From Fimbriosthenelais zetlandica (lineage: Eukaryota): DNA of 64,000 nt. Location: the NCBI GenBank assembly GCA_977030845.1, contig OZ365113.1, forward strand, positions 17,670,001 to 17,734,000. Reading direction: 5' to 3'. The notes under the pieces were generated by a model, which was not told where the DNA came from, made no database searches, and worked only from the letters and a program-made list of their open reading frames with translations. Of this stretch, positions 37,001-50,300 are shown one piece after another. The stretch's first letter is position 1; every line of letters starts with the position of its first letter. Made by a program: the position numbers and the translations under genes.

Positions 37001-37801
37001 AAGGCAGATTGCCTCAATAACTCGGGACTTGGTAGATGACTGTAATTAGTTACCGCCTTCCCTGAGTCCCACTTCTTTCACTGGGATTCAATGATGTTTG
37101 CTTCACTGCTAGTGCCAGTGGCCTGAACGAAATAATTGTCTTGGAGACTCTTTTTACGAATCTTATTGCTCTGGGAAGCAGACAAAAGTTAGTTTTTGTA
37201 TGGATGGGACATGTTGAATGGCTTTTGCTCTTAAGACTTTATTGCAAGTGTTTTACTGCCTCATCTTTTCTGCCTCCAGCACATGCACCTATACCCCTGC
37301 CTGAATGCATGTATTGTGAAGAGAAAATGTTTTTTTGAATATTGTCTGCATGGAGTATTATGTGCACTGCTTATTATTGGTTCTCTTATTGGTAGAAAAC
37401 GTCTTGGGTTATAAGGTACTTTTCTAAATCGGTCTACATCTTTGGTATAGTGTCTTATCATAATGGTTGATGGTGGTGTTGGTAATTTGTCTTCACACTG
37501 AATATGGCACTTAACTTTCACAGCTGGATCATGATTTCATGCCTAATTCAGCATCGCCTTTTGTGTTGTATCTCTCTTTAAAACATGACGTCCCCGAAGC
37601 TCATCTTTTTGCGAAGACTCAACGCCTGCCTATTTTTTTCAGGGAATAGAACAGTTGAAGAAAGAACAGGCAAGGTGGGAGAAGAAATCTCGGTGGATGA
37701 GTATAAAGGCAGTGTTTGGACATCCTTTCTCCTACCGTTGGTTCTCGCCATTCCACGTGGCTCATTTTAGCAAAGAGGAGGTGGACCATTACACTGTTTA
37801 A
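16075..37801 (+). CDS. ZDHHC3: DHHC palmitoyltransferase of the ZDHHC3/ZDHHC7 type. Exons: AT 16075-16076; alternative exon A 17695-18070 or B 18800-19280; then 20603-20727, 33514-33610, 33773-33854, 34099-34229, 37643-37801 (323 or 358 aa)
   Basis: ...[10 protein letters not shown]|[11 protein letters not shown]...[16 protein letters not shown]|[33 protein letters not shown]|...|...[13 protein letters not shown]|GIEQLKKE...[15 protein letters not shown]; exon boundaries correspond to remembered human ZDHHC3. The 5' end (split ATG) is inferred, and ZDHHC3 vs ZDHHC7 is not resolvable. Confidence 0.9.
17695..18070 (+). CDS. zDHHC alternative exon A (N-terminus + TM1 + TM2, canonical-like)
   Basis: Acceptor gtgtccatgttccag|G; encodes ...[34 protein letters not shown]...NGIMF...[11 protein letters not shown]; donor GTAAGT. 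Confidence 0.88.
18800..19280 (+). CDS. zDHHC alternative exon B (diverged duplicate of exon A)
   Basis: Acceptor gttgttgttttcgccag|G; open for 160 codons; [23 protein letters not shown]...[11 protein letters not shown]; donor GTGAGT. Confidence 0.82.
22800..23560 (-). mobile_element. Possible highly decayed non-LTR (LINE) RT fragment
   Basis: Purine-rich minus strand; [17 protein letters not shown] (23058-23008) loosely resembles the K(A/S)PGPDGxxxE motif, followed by ETGS..KKEA; many stops, so the match is weak. Confidence 0.25.
25290..25303. promoter_or_regulatory. RFX X-box-like motif GTTACCATGGCAAC in the large zDHHC intron
   Basis: 13/14 match to the palindrome GTTGCCATGGCAAC; function unproven. 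Confidence 0.35.
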
Positions 37802-40800
37802 GTTCACGCTCCATTTAAAAAAAACTCCCAGACTTCCTAATCAGGGCTCGACTACCGGAGCTCCAATATAACGTTGATAATACAATGCTCTATTTTCATG
37901 AAATTACGATGAGGAACATGAACATAGAATATGATCATATTGTCTTTGTAGATGTGTGTGGATATAATGTTATTTGTAAAATGTTGGATTTTTTTTATTG
38001 ACAAGTTACTACATTTGTCCTCTCGAGACGAGGAGGAGGATATTGTGAATATATCGGTTGTGCCATTTCATTTCATGGTTCGTCTTCTGAATCTTATATA
38101 TTGTATCTAGGACCAGTTCTTTATTTATCTTGGTTCCAAGTGGGGATGTTTTGTAACTTAAACATTGAAGACATAAAGGCATTTACTATCACATAGCACA
38201 CATTGTAGCCTGTTCAAACTGGGGAGAAGCATCCCGGTCCTTGTCAAGACACGGCATATAACCAACACTGATAATCTTTTACATCGACCATCCAATTTAT
38301 TGACTGTGAGGATTTAAATTGCTGATTTCAGCTCTAATTAAGTGAAACGGAGTATAAAGGAGATGTGAAAATAAGTTTTATCCATTTCCAAGTGGTTGGT
38401 ACTTGTACACACTGAGTACATTTGGAATGTATGTTCTGATATCGGAGATTCGTGACTGGACTTTATTATCATTTCCCATTTCCATCTGGCTAAGACTCAA
38501 TGTGAACCATACCTGTCATTGTTATTGTTACTAGTAAATCATTGCAGGAGTCTGTGAATTTATGAAATGTAAAACAAAAGTAAATTGACCTATAGGCCGA
38601 CATATATGCTTAATATCTGTATTTGACATTGTTGGAATCACTTACTCGTATTGCTGTGATAATGAAGATCAGAGGTTTATTCACTTTATTTTATCCCCTC
38701 TCTTTGATTTCCTTATTGTTATTCCCGCAATGCACTTGAAGTAGGAGGGAAAGGATTTACTAGTAATAGAGAAATACATAGATGTCATAGATGAGGTCCT
38801 GTAGTTGACACAACAGAGAAGCAGGAGTGGAAATCAAAAGTAATACCCATTTTTAGAAAGATGATTGAAAATGTGAATCCAAGCACGTCTAGAAACATTC
38901 AAACAAAGGGTTTAATGCAAAGATGTTCCCTGAATGCATATTATAAAAGATTGATGATTATATATTAGCTGATCAGTGTGACAAAGATAATTATTTTATG
39001 TTATCATGAAATGCATGCGGGTATAGCTTAATATGTTTGAGTTCAGCATCAGAACTTGATAATGAATGTGTCGATTTTAGGATTAAACTCACTATTATTT
39101 AGTTATTTAATACGTGAAAGAGTTGTCATAAGAGGTGATAGGCTTATTTGAAGCTGGAGTGTTTTTTTATTTGTCAGCATGTCTTCATTCTCATGTATTA
39201 TTTTTGCTCCTGAAATTAGTCATAAAGAAAAATTATTTAGTATACTGTTATGGTAGCTTAAGGGGTTGCATCCTCTACCAGCTGACCAAGAAGCGACTAG
39301 GGAACAAATGATAAACTCATTCCTATGTAATATGCTTACCAAATCTTTCCTAAGATTGCAATCTGACAAGCAGACAATGCGTATATGACCTTGGGTGTCA
39401 CATATACTGTACTTGGCACATGTTAGCCCTCATTACAAGGTATATGTTAGATCAATTTGGTGTCAGGGAGTATACTATTTCCTTATTAATGTCTCAGGTT
39501 TGCTCCCTCTATGAAGGGCGCATCCTTTGATCCATTCTGTGATTTCTGTTTGCACTGCAAATAGGGAAGTATCTTAGTTCTTCTTGATTACATTTATTGA
39601 ATGCTCGCTGGCATGGACATTTAGTGAGAGTGGTACTTTTAGTATAACATCCCATTGTGTTCATGCAGCATTGCTCCAGAAGCCTAATTGCAGTTTTGTA
39701 TGGGTTGACATGGGGGCAATCTGTTCCCCTGAGATCTTTCATAGCATAATTTTTAAACCAAAACTTGCTAGATGATGTGCTGGAACATTTGATAGGCAAC
39801 CTTGACCCAGCTGGTTACCAAATAGTGCTATCCTCAGCGACCCCGCTCCTATTTTCAGTGGACTTGCTATTTTTATGTACTCCATCGTCTTTGCTGTGAT
39901 TTGTATTCAGGATAGATGTTATTCAGGCGTGTTCTCTAATAGCTTTCTCATAAACATCAACTCAAGCCCATTCACTTACACTTTCTTTACTTGCTTGTTC
40001 ATCTCTTCCTAATCCAAATGAACTTTTTTTTCTTGTCAACTTGAGTCCTCCCTTCGTCTCACAACAATCAGTGAAGGGAGCCCCATGTATTTCCATCTTG
40101 TTGTTCTCTGCCTTGAAAGTAGGGGAAAAAGAACCAACCAACGGTAGATTGGATTTCTAAATAATGACCTGAAATCATTCACGTATGGCCAGAAAGTAAT
40201 ATGAATTTTCTCCTGACTGAAGGAATTACCTCGCTTTAATCCTGAATACTGTTAATTATTCCCATTCATAATTATTTGCCTGTAATTCAATTAGGAATAT
40301 AAGTACTGTTTCACCAACTGGTTATTGTTACATAGTTTGGTGGGCATCCTGTTCTACATTTTGAGATACTTTGGCCCTATTTGGGATTTATGAGAAGCGG
40401 AAAGTTGAGTTTCTCAATGTTGGTAGATCAATCAAATTAGGCCCCGCGAGCAGTTGGGCGGAAAAGGGCACGGATCCTGTTCTAATGAAATTAATCACAC
40501 ACACATGGCTTCACCCATACAGTCATTCTCATACTGTCAGTTTATCAATGTTGTTTTGAATGATCACCCTTGTGCATATATAAATGGAACAAAAACAATG
40601 GTTTTAGATCTCCTGCGTGTGTTGCATTCAAGAATATTTACATTCCACATCATTTAGAATCTGAAATGTAATTTAGCATTCTATTTATGACCTTGCTTAT
40701 TACTGGTTCTCACGAAGTACCATGTGTTATAATATATGTTTTCAATGTTTCATTTCTTTTCTCTCAATATAGATGTAAATAGAGTTGTTGCATTTGATAT

Positions 40801-41846
40801 TCTGCCAATACATAGCATCAGAAGGTATGACCCGAGTGTATTTACGGGTGGTAACTGCTTGTACTCTTTGTAGCCCTATTTTTGTGAATAAAGCACATGA
40901 GCGAACTCGCTTTGTGATTTGTCAGCTCAAGGTTGGTTTAATTCTTTAAATTAGAAAAATGTTGAAATTCGAATGTTATCCTCATCCAATTACAACTACA
41001 TTAAACTTCCTTTTTGTAGCTTACAAATAACGCTTCAGGGCGAGTTCCCAGTCTCGCAGCCTCTCACGAGGCCTGTACTGCTATATATAGGTTGTCTGAG
41101 GATGATTTGCCTGAAATAACTACATGTGAAGGCTCTCCCGTTTCCTCTCTCTTTTTTCACTACATCATCTTTCCTAATATTGTTCTTCGTTACACATATC
41201 TTATTTCAATGAAGCCCGTGTGCCAAAAAATAAGGTCCAACGTGGAGTTCTGGCTGCTGTATGAATACCATCTGGTCAGCTGTACTCATCAGGTGATGTA
41301 CTCTTCATCCATAAACTAATTTTGCTAAAGTATTTTTAATGGGAAAACCAGCCTCCTTCCTGTACATAATATAAGGAAACATCTCCCTTGTGCCCTTTAC
41401 CCGCCTTTCAGATATTCCTCTGGTCAGTATGATGAACCCAATCTATTTTTTCTCGCCAGAGACCCAGCTGATCCTTTTTACATTGATCTATCGATCGATC
41501 TTCTGAAAATATCGGAAAAGTGGTTCCATTTTAGAAACTGGATTAATTACCAAGGCAATAACTTTTTTAAAATCATTTATTTCCTTTACTGTGTTCGTGG
41601 CAGTTGCACAGTCAGCTAGGTCCCTATAGTACCGGTATGTGTACTGCTCGGAAGAATATAGTTATATAGTCTAAGTAATATATATAGTGTCATATTCTCA
41701 GTCGTACCACTCATTCTGCCTTATTATCTTCAGTGCAATATGTAAGGATGGATGTTAATTAATCATGTGCGATCCTGTATATAGCATTCTCACAAAGCTC
41801 ACTTTCAATCCATTTGCTCATTGATCTCCTTGTCTTTCTTCTATAG

Positions 41847-41872
41847 GGAAGCAACATGGCGAACATCGCGAG
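41847..41872 (+). CDS. Candidate 26-nt micro-exon carrying an ATG (41856), probable upstream exon of the GPR158-like gene
   Basis: Strong acceptor (ctccttgtctttcttctatag) and donor (GAG|GTGAGT), Kozak-like AACATGG; in frame with the GPCR if spliced to the CAG at 47329-47331. Confidence 0.55.
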
Positions 41873-43311
41873 GTGAGTTGGTCCCTTTATATAGAATTTC
41901 TATGATCAAGGCACATTAATCTAAGTATACGTTTTTGATAGTAATTTTCTGGTGATGATAAGTTTCTCATTGGATAATTGTAGAACAGCCTATGCATGTT
42001 TCCATGACTATCTGAAATTATGGCCTGGGAAGTGGCAGCATTCAGTAGGGGGGATGTTTTCCCCTTGTCGTTTTTCTCATCTCTCTGCTGGCCCATGAAG
42101 CACCCAGTCTATTTTATCAACACTGTCTATCGATTTCAAGACACAGTTAGGATTCTGTTTGGGTATAGATCAATGTGATAAAGCCCCTCTCTCACACTCC
42201 TACATTACTGTGAATGGAGCCTGGACACGCAACCTTGTACCATACAGTGAGATCTCATTTTCCCTGAGATTTGCTTTATATGCGGGAGAGGTGTGGGTGT
42301 TAATTGGAGTGACTGTATCTGGTGCTTTATGATGTCAGGAAATTTCACACCAATGAATATTAAGATATGACAAATTTAATTTGCATAATATGATGGATTA
42401 GAATCATAATTTGTGGATGGGGATTAAGTATATGTCTATACGTCTATGTGTGAGGAGAATACATAAACCTGGTCCATCTTCAATTTTCTAATCATTTTAT
42501 ACTCATTCAAGTTGTATATCGTGAGGTCCAACATTGGTACTGGTAAAACTTCTATGTATCAAGATTTAAATGTGCAATACCTCATGGGCGGTGCCATTAG
42601 TTTTCCCAGACAGTGCATGGGTCAGATCCCCCTACTGCCAATAGATCTGTCCCACGAGGGAGTAGGAATGAGAGTCATTTGAATGATTTAGTGCTCAAGC
42701 TCAGAAGATCAAAAGCAAGTAGCAGATTCTTTGATCATTTAATATAGCAACAAGCTGAATAGCTGTGCTGACAGGGAGATCATCGCGTCTCGTTTATGAC
42801 ACCTTTTATGTCTGCAAATCCGGTGTACATTGAGGAGTGTCGTTTGATACCATGTGCGCCTTGTAGAGCACTGAGTAATGTTGCAAATTATTGATTTTTT
42901 TTCCTAAAAATGATATACTGGAGGGTGGACGTATACTGGCACCCTGGTCAGTGTTTCTTTATTCCAACCACGACCCGTTACCTCACTCTTTCTCCGTGGT
43001 CCACTGCTCAGGACTGTCCATTTCTACCAATGCTTAGAAACCAAGCAGTGGTGCGTGGCGAGCAGTGGACTGAATGTCTCAGCTTCTGGTCAAGAAAGTG
43101 GAAATTATTCTGTCAACTTGTGTATTAGATAGTACTCGTATGTAGGTCTTCAGGAATACATAATGTTACCGATATGTTATTTGGCTTATGCTAAAACTTG
43201 CTTCAAGTCTACGTACAAAATGAAAGTGATAATTGATCATAATATAGGAAAGCAATTTCTCCAGTCAGAGCCAGGAACCAGTTTAATGGAAATGTAAACG
43301 ATGAGAACCCT

Positions 43312-44006
43312 GTTGCCATGGAGACCCGGAAATGGGTTTCCATCAGGATAATGTAGACAATTATGCATCAGGTTTGGGATGTTGAGAGATCCAGCATGAG
43401 CCTCTCGGCGTTACTGGTGGTAACAGCGATGTTTCAGAAGCCAGGTAATATTACATATATATGGCCTTCACTCGGCGGCACTCAGGTCACAATGTTGGAC
43501 AATGTTTAGTGCTACGGGAATATGCTGGCAAGGTCAGGGGATGGATATATCCTGATGAGAGGTCGCAGTGGAAAATATCTACATCGTAGAAATGGAAACA
43601 ATATTGATTGTAGTGCATGAATACCGTTACCGATAACAATGATCGTGCGCAATCATTGTGGAGATTTGATTTCATCACATTTCTCTTTCCAAAATCAATA
43701 TTCCCACCGATTTAATGGGTGAATTGTCTGGCAGTTTGGGGATAACATCATAGGAGGTCTTCCTGTAAATCAGTAAATGTTTTCACTTTTTCTGGTAAAA
43801 GTTTCTGCATCACTTTGGAATGATAGCTAAATTTAGGGTATTGTAAACAGCACTAATGCCTTCCTGGGCCTCCCTATATGAGGAACCTGATTGAGTCGTC
43901 CCTCTGAACAGATGATGCGACGTGCCTGCTCAAGATGGCCGCCATTGGCTTCTGACATGTGGCTTCCGGTCATAATTACCCTTTGTAGTGCAGGCGTAAC
44001 GATTGG
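43312..44006. promoter_or_regulatory. Motif cluster: X-box-like (43312-43325), ETS-like CCGGAA(A/G), double YY1-like (43931-43946), two CCAAT boxes
   Basis: GTTGCCATGGAGACCCGGAAAT; CAAGATGGCCGCCATT; CTTCCGGT; ATTGG x2; motif reading only. Confidence 0.35.
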
Positions 44007-47000
44007 TAGGGGCCCATGTCATGCGGTGTTAAAATCTTAACAAGAAGAAGCAGACAAAGTGTATACTTGTATAAGATGTTTTGAACAACATTTTAAAGGC
44101 TTGAGCTGATAAGCAGGTGTTTTCTGTAGGTGTATTGAAATTTCCCATAAATCATAATTGAGTAGGCATATACTGCCTTGCTTAACTTTCTCTGAACCCC
44201 ATCGTTTGGCTTCTTATATCTCTGTTAACCAAAATATTTTGACCAATATTCTGATGATAGGGAATATGTTGGCGACATGATCTGTGAAACCGAATCCTTC
44301 CAATGTACTTCATCCATTTTTTGACGGAATGAATCCAATCAGTGCCTGATAGAAATGAAGTCTTCCTTTTACTTTGCTGAAGCCCAGTTGTGCAAGTTGA
44401 CACGGTTTTGCATCTGCAATCATGCTGGTTTGATAATAGGTTTTGATTGAGCCTATTGATAAGCACAGGAATAATGATACAACTTTTTTAAGCAAGGCGC
44501 TGGTTCTGTGCACATCATCCAGGCAGCACTGTTTTTCAGTACATGTATTTACTATTTAGCAACATTAGTTCTGACTATATAGCCCTACATTAGTTTGGTA
44601 TGATCTGTAGTACTTAGAATCACATTGTCGGGTCGAGAGTAGCATTTCCAAATGTTAGTAGTAGACGGAATTGGTCCATTTACCCTGAGTAGTATAGTCA
44701 GTGATTCCAATATCTCGGGTGCTTTTTGAGTAGTAGTAGACTTATGACCGGTGAACTACTATAGGCCTTACTCGACTTCCTGATAGGATTAGTCCAAATT
44801 ATGTACCTATTGATACGCCAAATCAAATCAAATCAATGGTAGATGTCTCCTGAAGTGGCCAATAACTGAGGCGAATATTGAATAGTGCCCGTATTGACCG
44901 GATGGGTCAATTATTCAGGTGCAACCCATGTAAGTAGTATATAAAGATATGGAAGAAATATTACTCTTTAGAAAAAATGGCCTGACTAGATTTAAAAAAT
45001 AATGTGAGTATCCAGATCTGTATTTGGGACTAGACTAGTTTTAGGTATGTAAAGGTATTGGACCTTGGTGGGATAAAGTATGAAGGCATCTTTTAAACCA
45101 TTAACCTGTCTACTGATCCATCACTCTCGCTGCCTTTCTGACAACCTAACTGCCTCTATCAATCTGTCATTGTCTTCCTCCCCTTTCCTCCTCACCCTCT
45201 CACTCCTTACCCCTCTGCATCTCTATGTCCCCTATCCATCCTTCGCAATTTCTCAGGCTTCTCAACTCTCTCTCTTGCCTTTGCATTGCACGTTGATTTT
45301 CCCTGGAAATAGATCTTTCCAAATTAAAATCGCAATTTTTTCAATTCATTGTTTTCGCTCTTCAATCATTTTCTCATCAGCTCATTAATTAATCAATTGA
45401 TTCAGTCATGCGTTCGCTCCCAAACTATCCGTGCCTGACTCCTCTAGTGCACCCCTTCATCGTACCATCAGACATATTTTACTTTAATCTGTCTGTCCAT
45501 CCCTCCTTCAGGTTTTCAAGCTATCCAGTCCATTAGCCATCAGGCATCTGTCAATTCATACCATCAATCTATCCCCTCTTCATATTCTCAGCCTATCCCT
45601 TCCCTTCCCCAAAGCCTACCCCTCTATGTGAAGGCACCACTAGGCGTCAGTGGTGATCGGAAGTGGGCCATAAGCCGAGCGGCTCCTCTCTTCCTCTCCC
45701 CATTGCATGCCTGCCCACACTGCATGGCGTTTGAACACTGGGAGCGCGAGGAGTAGCGGACGATCCCATGTACCTCCAGCTTCATGAATGGTAGTGGGAT
45801 GAGGAGGTGGATAGAACGAGGAGTAGGAACAAGAAGGGAATGGGCAATCTAGTGTTGTTGCTCCATCCAGTGCTCCCTTGACTCTCATAAAACAGGGATT
45901 TATACATTGATAGTCTGCTTGCCATGCAGTTTCATCCGGAGAGTTCGCTTTATGAAGTGGATCCCACATCATCGATTGCTTTACTTGTGCTTTGTGGTGC
46001 CCATTTACAGTTTCTGGTTCATATTGGTACTAGCACGTGGCTGTCAGATTAGATCGTCCATGATGTGGAAAACTCATACTTTATAGCTTCATTTTCTGTA
46101 TGGAATTAAAGATTCAGCATACCTGTAAGCTTTAGGACCTGACAACTGATATGTTGCGGTAGGTACACAGCAATATTTGTACAAAACATTGATCTGTGGG
46201 CTGTATGACATGGGAGGGAATCATGAATAGGCCTACTGTTTTTATTTTCGTTCATATTAATATTATTTACTAGAAAGTTCTAATCAATGTAACTTATCCT
46301 GATACTCAGTCTTACTTTATCTAACATTAGCCTTAACGCCCTCATTTGAATTCTACAATGAACCAAGGTTTCCTCCTGGCCTCTCTATTGACCATGAATT
46401 GCCCAATTTAGAAGCTATTTATGTCTTGGTAACCATGCCTTTTCTCACTTAAGCTTCCCTTTCTGGGGCTAGAGTAAATGTATCTGTTGTCACTGCTAGA
46501 GGCTTACTATATAACAAGGGTTGGATAAGACAGCGGATAATTGAGGAATTTCTATGTAGAATCGGTGGATAGGGTTTAAGGTGACTCCTCTAAATCCTAG
46601 TTTCTCGATAAATATCTCAATGTCTCTTGCTATCTATATCTGGCCTGAAGAATGTCAGGCGTGATTGTATTATGGGGTTCCTGTCGAGTACAGGGCGTGA
46701 GGTGTATCACTAATGGATTGGAATACATGCAGATTAGTCACATAACCAACCATTAGAGGAGGAGGCACGTGGTCTGTAATGAGGTCTGGAGTGATATATC
46801 CTATACACGATTACAACTACAACATATTCGTATATATTTTTGACTATCCTATTCATTTTATTCTAATCGATATATTTCTCCTTTCAACTTGAACTTTGAT
46901 TTTCCTTTCAGGGACTTCCTTTCATGCGAAACCCCCGGCCACGGAGCAAAGCATCGCAACCTAAATAAAACTTGTTAAATATTTCCTTTTTGAAGGGAAA

Positions 47001-47335
47001 AAGTTACTGAGACCAAACCTTGCTTAAAAGGGTACAAGAGAGAAAGTGTGGGTCTTGCCAAAGCGAATCTTTTGGAGAGGAGTGGACTGATCACAATGAA
47101 CAGAGCGATCAGAGGCAGCTTGGCGAGGCTTCATTTCAGCACCGATGCCAATCTCAATTATAAGCTCGCCTCTCTTTAACACTCACCGAGGCCTTCTTGA
47201 GAAAATGTCAGCTGCTTTCTGATGACGTTTCCTACCGTGATTGCATATGCAGGCATGTCTTGTTCATTCACCAGCCTGGTGAATTGTAGTTGTGGCGCGC
47301 CACAGACCAACTCTTCTTGTCGTTTAGACAGGGCC

Positions 47336-50300
47336 ATGGCATGCATACTTCTTCTCTTCCTCCATTTAATCTATACAAGCCTTGCTACTGTTCAAACTTC
47401 CATCATGCCACACAGTTCTGATGGCTCTATTTTCGTCGAGCAGCATCCCTATCTCCATCAGAATCCAAACTCTTCTTGTGAGGACTATGTCACTCATCAG
47501 GCAAGGATCTTTGCTGAAATGGAATTCAAAGGAATCACCTCCACTGTGAAAAGTGTATCTAAAATGTTTGTAGGAAATGTTCTGCATTCTTCCAAAGAAA
47601 TCCCTACCCTTGAGGACAATATTCACACAGTAACATCGTTAATGGATCTTTATGCCAGTTTTGTGAAAGATCAAGACGCCCGGATATTAGAAATTACTTT
47701 TACAGTCCGTTTGAATGATGTTTCTGGAAGCAGGAACAAAGAACCTGTGATACTTCTTCTGAAAATGGAACATTTTAACATGACGTGGCAGACTCAACGA
47801 AACTGGGAAAGGGTTTGTCAACTGAATTCTTCTTCCCTTACTGGTATCAACTTTGAAACAACTGTCAAATGTTCTACAAAAACACAAGAAACTCTCTTGA
47901 TAAATGCCAATGTTCCTCAATTAGTTAGAACTGGGAACGATCGTGACCACAACTCGAGGGCACAGACTTCTTCTGGGTTCTGGAATGTATATTGTTCACC
48001 ACAGACTCGGACAGTTGATTCTGTTCTTTTCATCTACGATGTCCTTGATGAGGAAGTCCAGCAACCTAACAAAAGCATCCCTGAACAATTAAGGTAAGTT
48101 GGTTCTCTTATGTCAGCAAGTTGTTAAAGAGGATATGTGGACTTGAAAGGGTGATATATGTTGGTATAGGCTTCCACTAATTGACACAGTATCATGCCTG
48201 TCAACCACCTTTATACCCCTGAGCAAACCCTGTTCAAAGCCAAGTGATAATTTCTACATATGCCAGCATTGGTAAAAGCATTTCTCGCCTCTTCTAATTA
48301 GAATATATACAAAGCATCTTCACTGCTATCCCATATGCATCGAAACAGGCGTCATCTGCCTAAAATATTCATAAACTTGTCAGCTGAAGTGATGACTTAA
48401 TAGCCTTGTAGCTGTGGTGAGTATGAATGGTATTCATAGCTCCTTGATCACTTCCAACCCTTTCTTACTGTACATTCAATTTCTGGCCTGCTTGTCATTT
48501 ATAAATGCTATAATTTCACAATTAAATGGAGAAGACAAAGGTGCTTGATATGACATTTTGTATTTTGCATAAAATGATACCTCATGCTGTAAATGTATTG
48601 CTAAATATTCAAATAGTACTAGTTCTGTTTCAGCATAGTGATTTTTCCGTTTATAAATTAGGGTAAAACTTTGTGCTCAGAGAGCAATAGTTTTGAGGTC
48701 ACATGTAGCAATCCCTTGGCATACTTTGTCATCAGCCTGTGTACCTGAAAGCAAGCAAATAACACTCCAAGCTTCTATCGCTACCACCAGCTGCTATTTT
48801 CTCGCCAGGTATAATATGTCCCTATGGCCTTGTAAAGGTAGAAGGGGTCTGATCAAAGTGATACACAAGCAGGGAAGGACAAGGATATGAGATCTATGCT
48901 AAGCACACCTGCCCTTGATGCTTGTCAGATACCTGATTCATTTGCATACTTGCCTTTGTAATATACCTCCAACATAATAGTGCATGGTTGTCCCGCTGAA
49001 ATGAAATCCTGCTTCTGTTACAAAAATGTCTCATACAAAACCGGGCCAAGTATTTTGTTCTGGCTCGTTGAGAAAAAACATGTTTTATTCGTTATCCAGG
49101 CCAGTTAACTGATATCCAGGCAACCTTATTACATTGAGGAGAGTAAACTAAAAGAAATCCATTTGCTCAAGGAGACGGTATCGTTAATAGTTATACCCTG
49201 TCATAAATTGACCAAAATGACATTTCCTGCAGCACCGATCATGGCCATAGAATCTATTAACTTAAGCTTTTTAAAATTTGCTGGTATAGTAGTTTTGCTG
49301 CGCTCCGGAACTCGATCCAATGATGGTATATTGGCCATTGGATTTAGCACTTATGCTCCCAAGGTACCAACTTGGGCCAAATGATGGTAAGGAGCTGTTA
49401 TAAGAAGTCTGGCTAGACCAATAAAGGAATGCCAAGTCATGTTGTAACCTCGCAACGGTGCTTTTCCGCAATGAATCTTCCCAGCCAGCGGGCCTGACAG
49501 CTATTTTGGAGTGGTCCATGGCTGCTGCAGACATGCAAGTAAAGGTCAAAATAATACTGCAGATGGTTATTGGCAAGCATTGGATTTTGATCCAATATCC
49601 GTAGCGAGAGATTTAAATCAATTTGATTAAGTTGGTACAGTGTATGACTTTGTATTCAAGACTGGAATATGTTTTGATTTTTTAATTGGTAAAGGTAACT
49701 TATAACAAAACTCATTCAGTGCATATTTCAAATTTTATCTTATAGGTAATTGTTTTTGTCAGTTATTTCAGACTGATATATTCATAATCATATGTGAAGA
49801 GTTTGTTTGTGAGAAGAACAAGCAAGGGGGATGGATATATCCCCAAGGTTAGAACAATAATTTATGGCATTACTTGGTCCAGGCTTAATGTATACATGTC
49901 CGTTGCAAGTGCTTGAGAAAAGCTGCTTGAATTTAATGAGATTCTACATGTATTTAGCTGATTGGAGAAAAAGACTGTTTGGTAGGACCTTCTCAGGGCG
50001 CCTTCTCTACATTAACCCAAGCTCCATGCAACCTGTAATGCCTGTTAGTGCCTAAATGCAGTAACCAAGTCATCCCAGTGATAGAGTGGCCCATTTTAGT
50101 CTATTTGCCACTGGTGTGGATCTCCCTTAATGGGGTCTTCTAACTTCTTTATTGAAGCAACTGTGTCAGGGGATCACTACTGCTGAGATTTATCATTCGT
50201 CAACTGACATGACATGTTTTACACCTTGATACCACAAAATAACAGAGTTCCACACTCTCATTTCAAGGTGAAACATTGCTATCTAATCTGTCAAGTCTCC

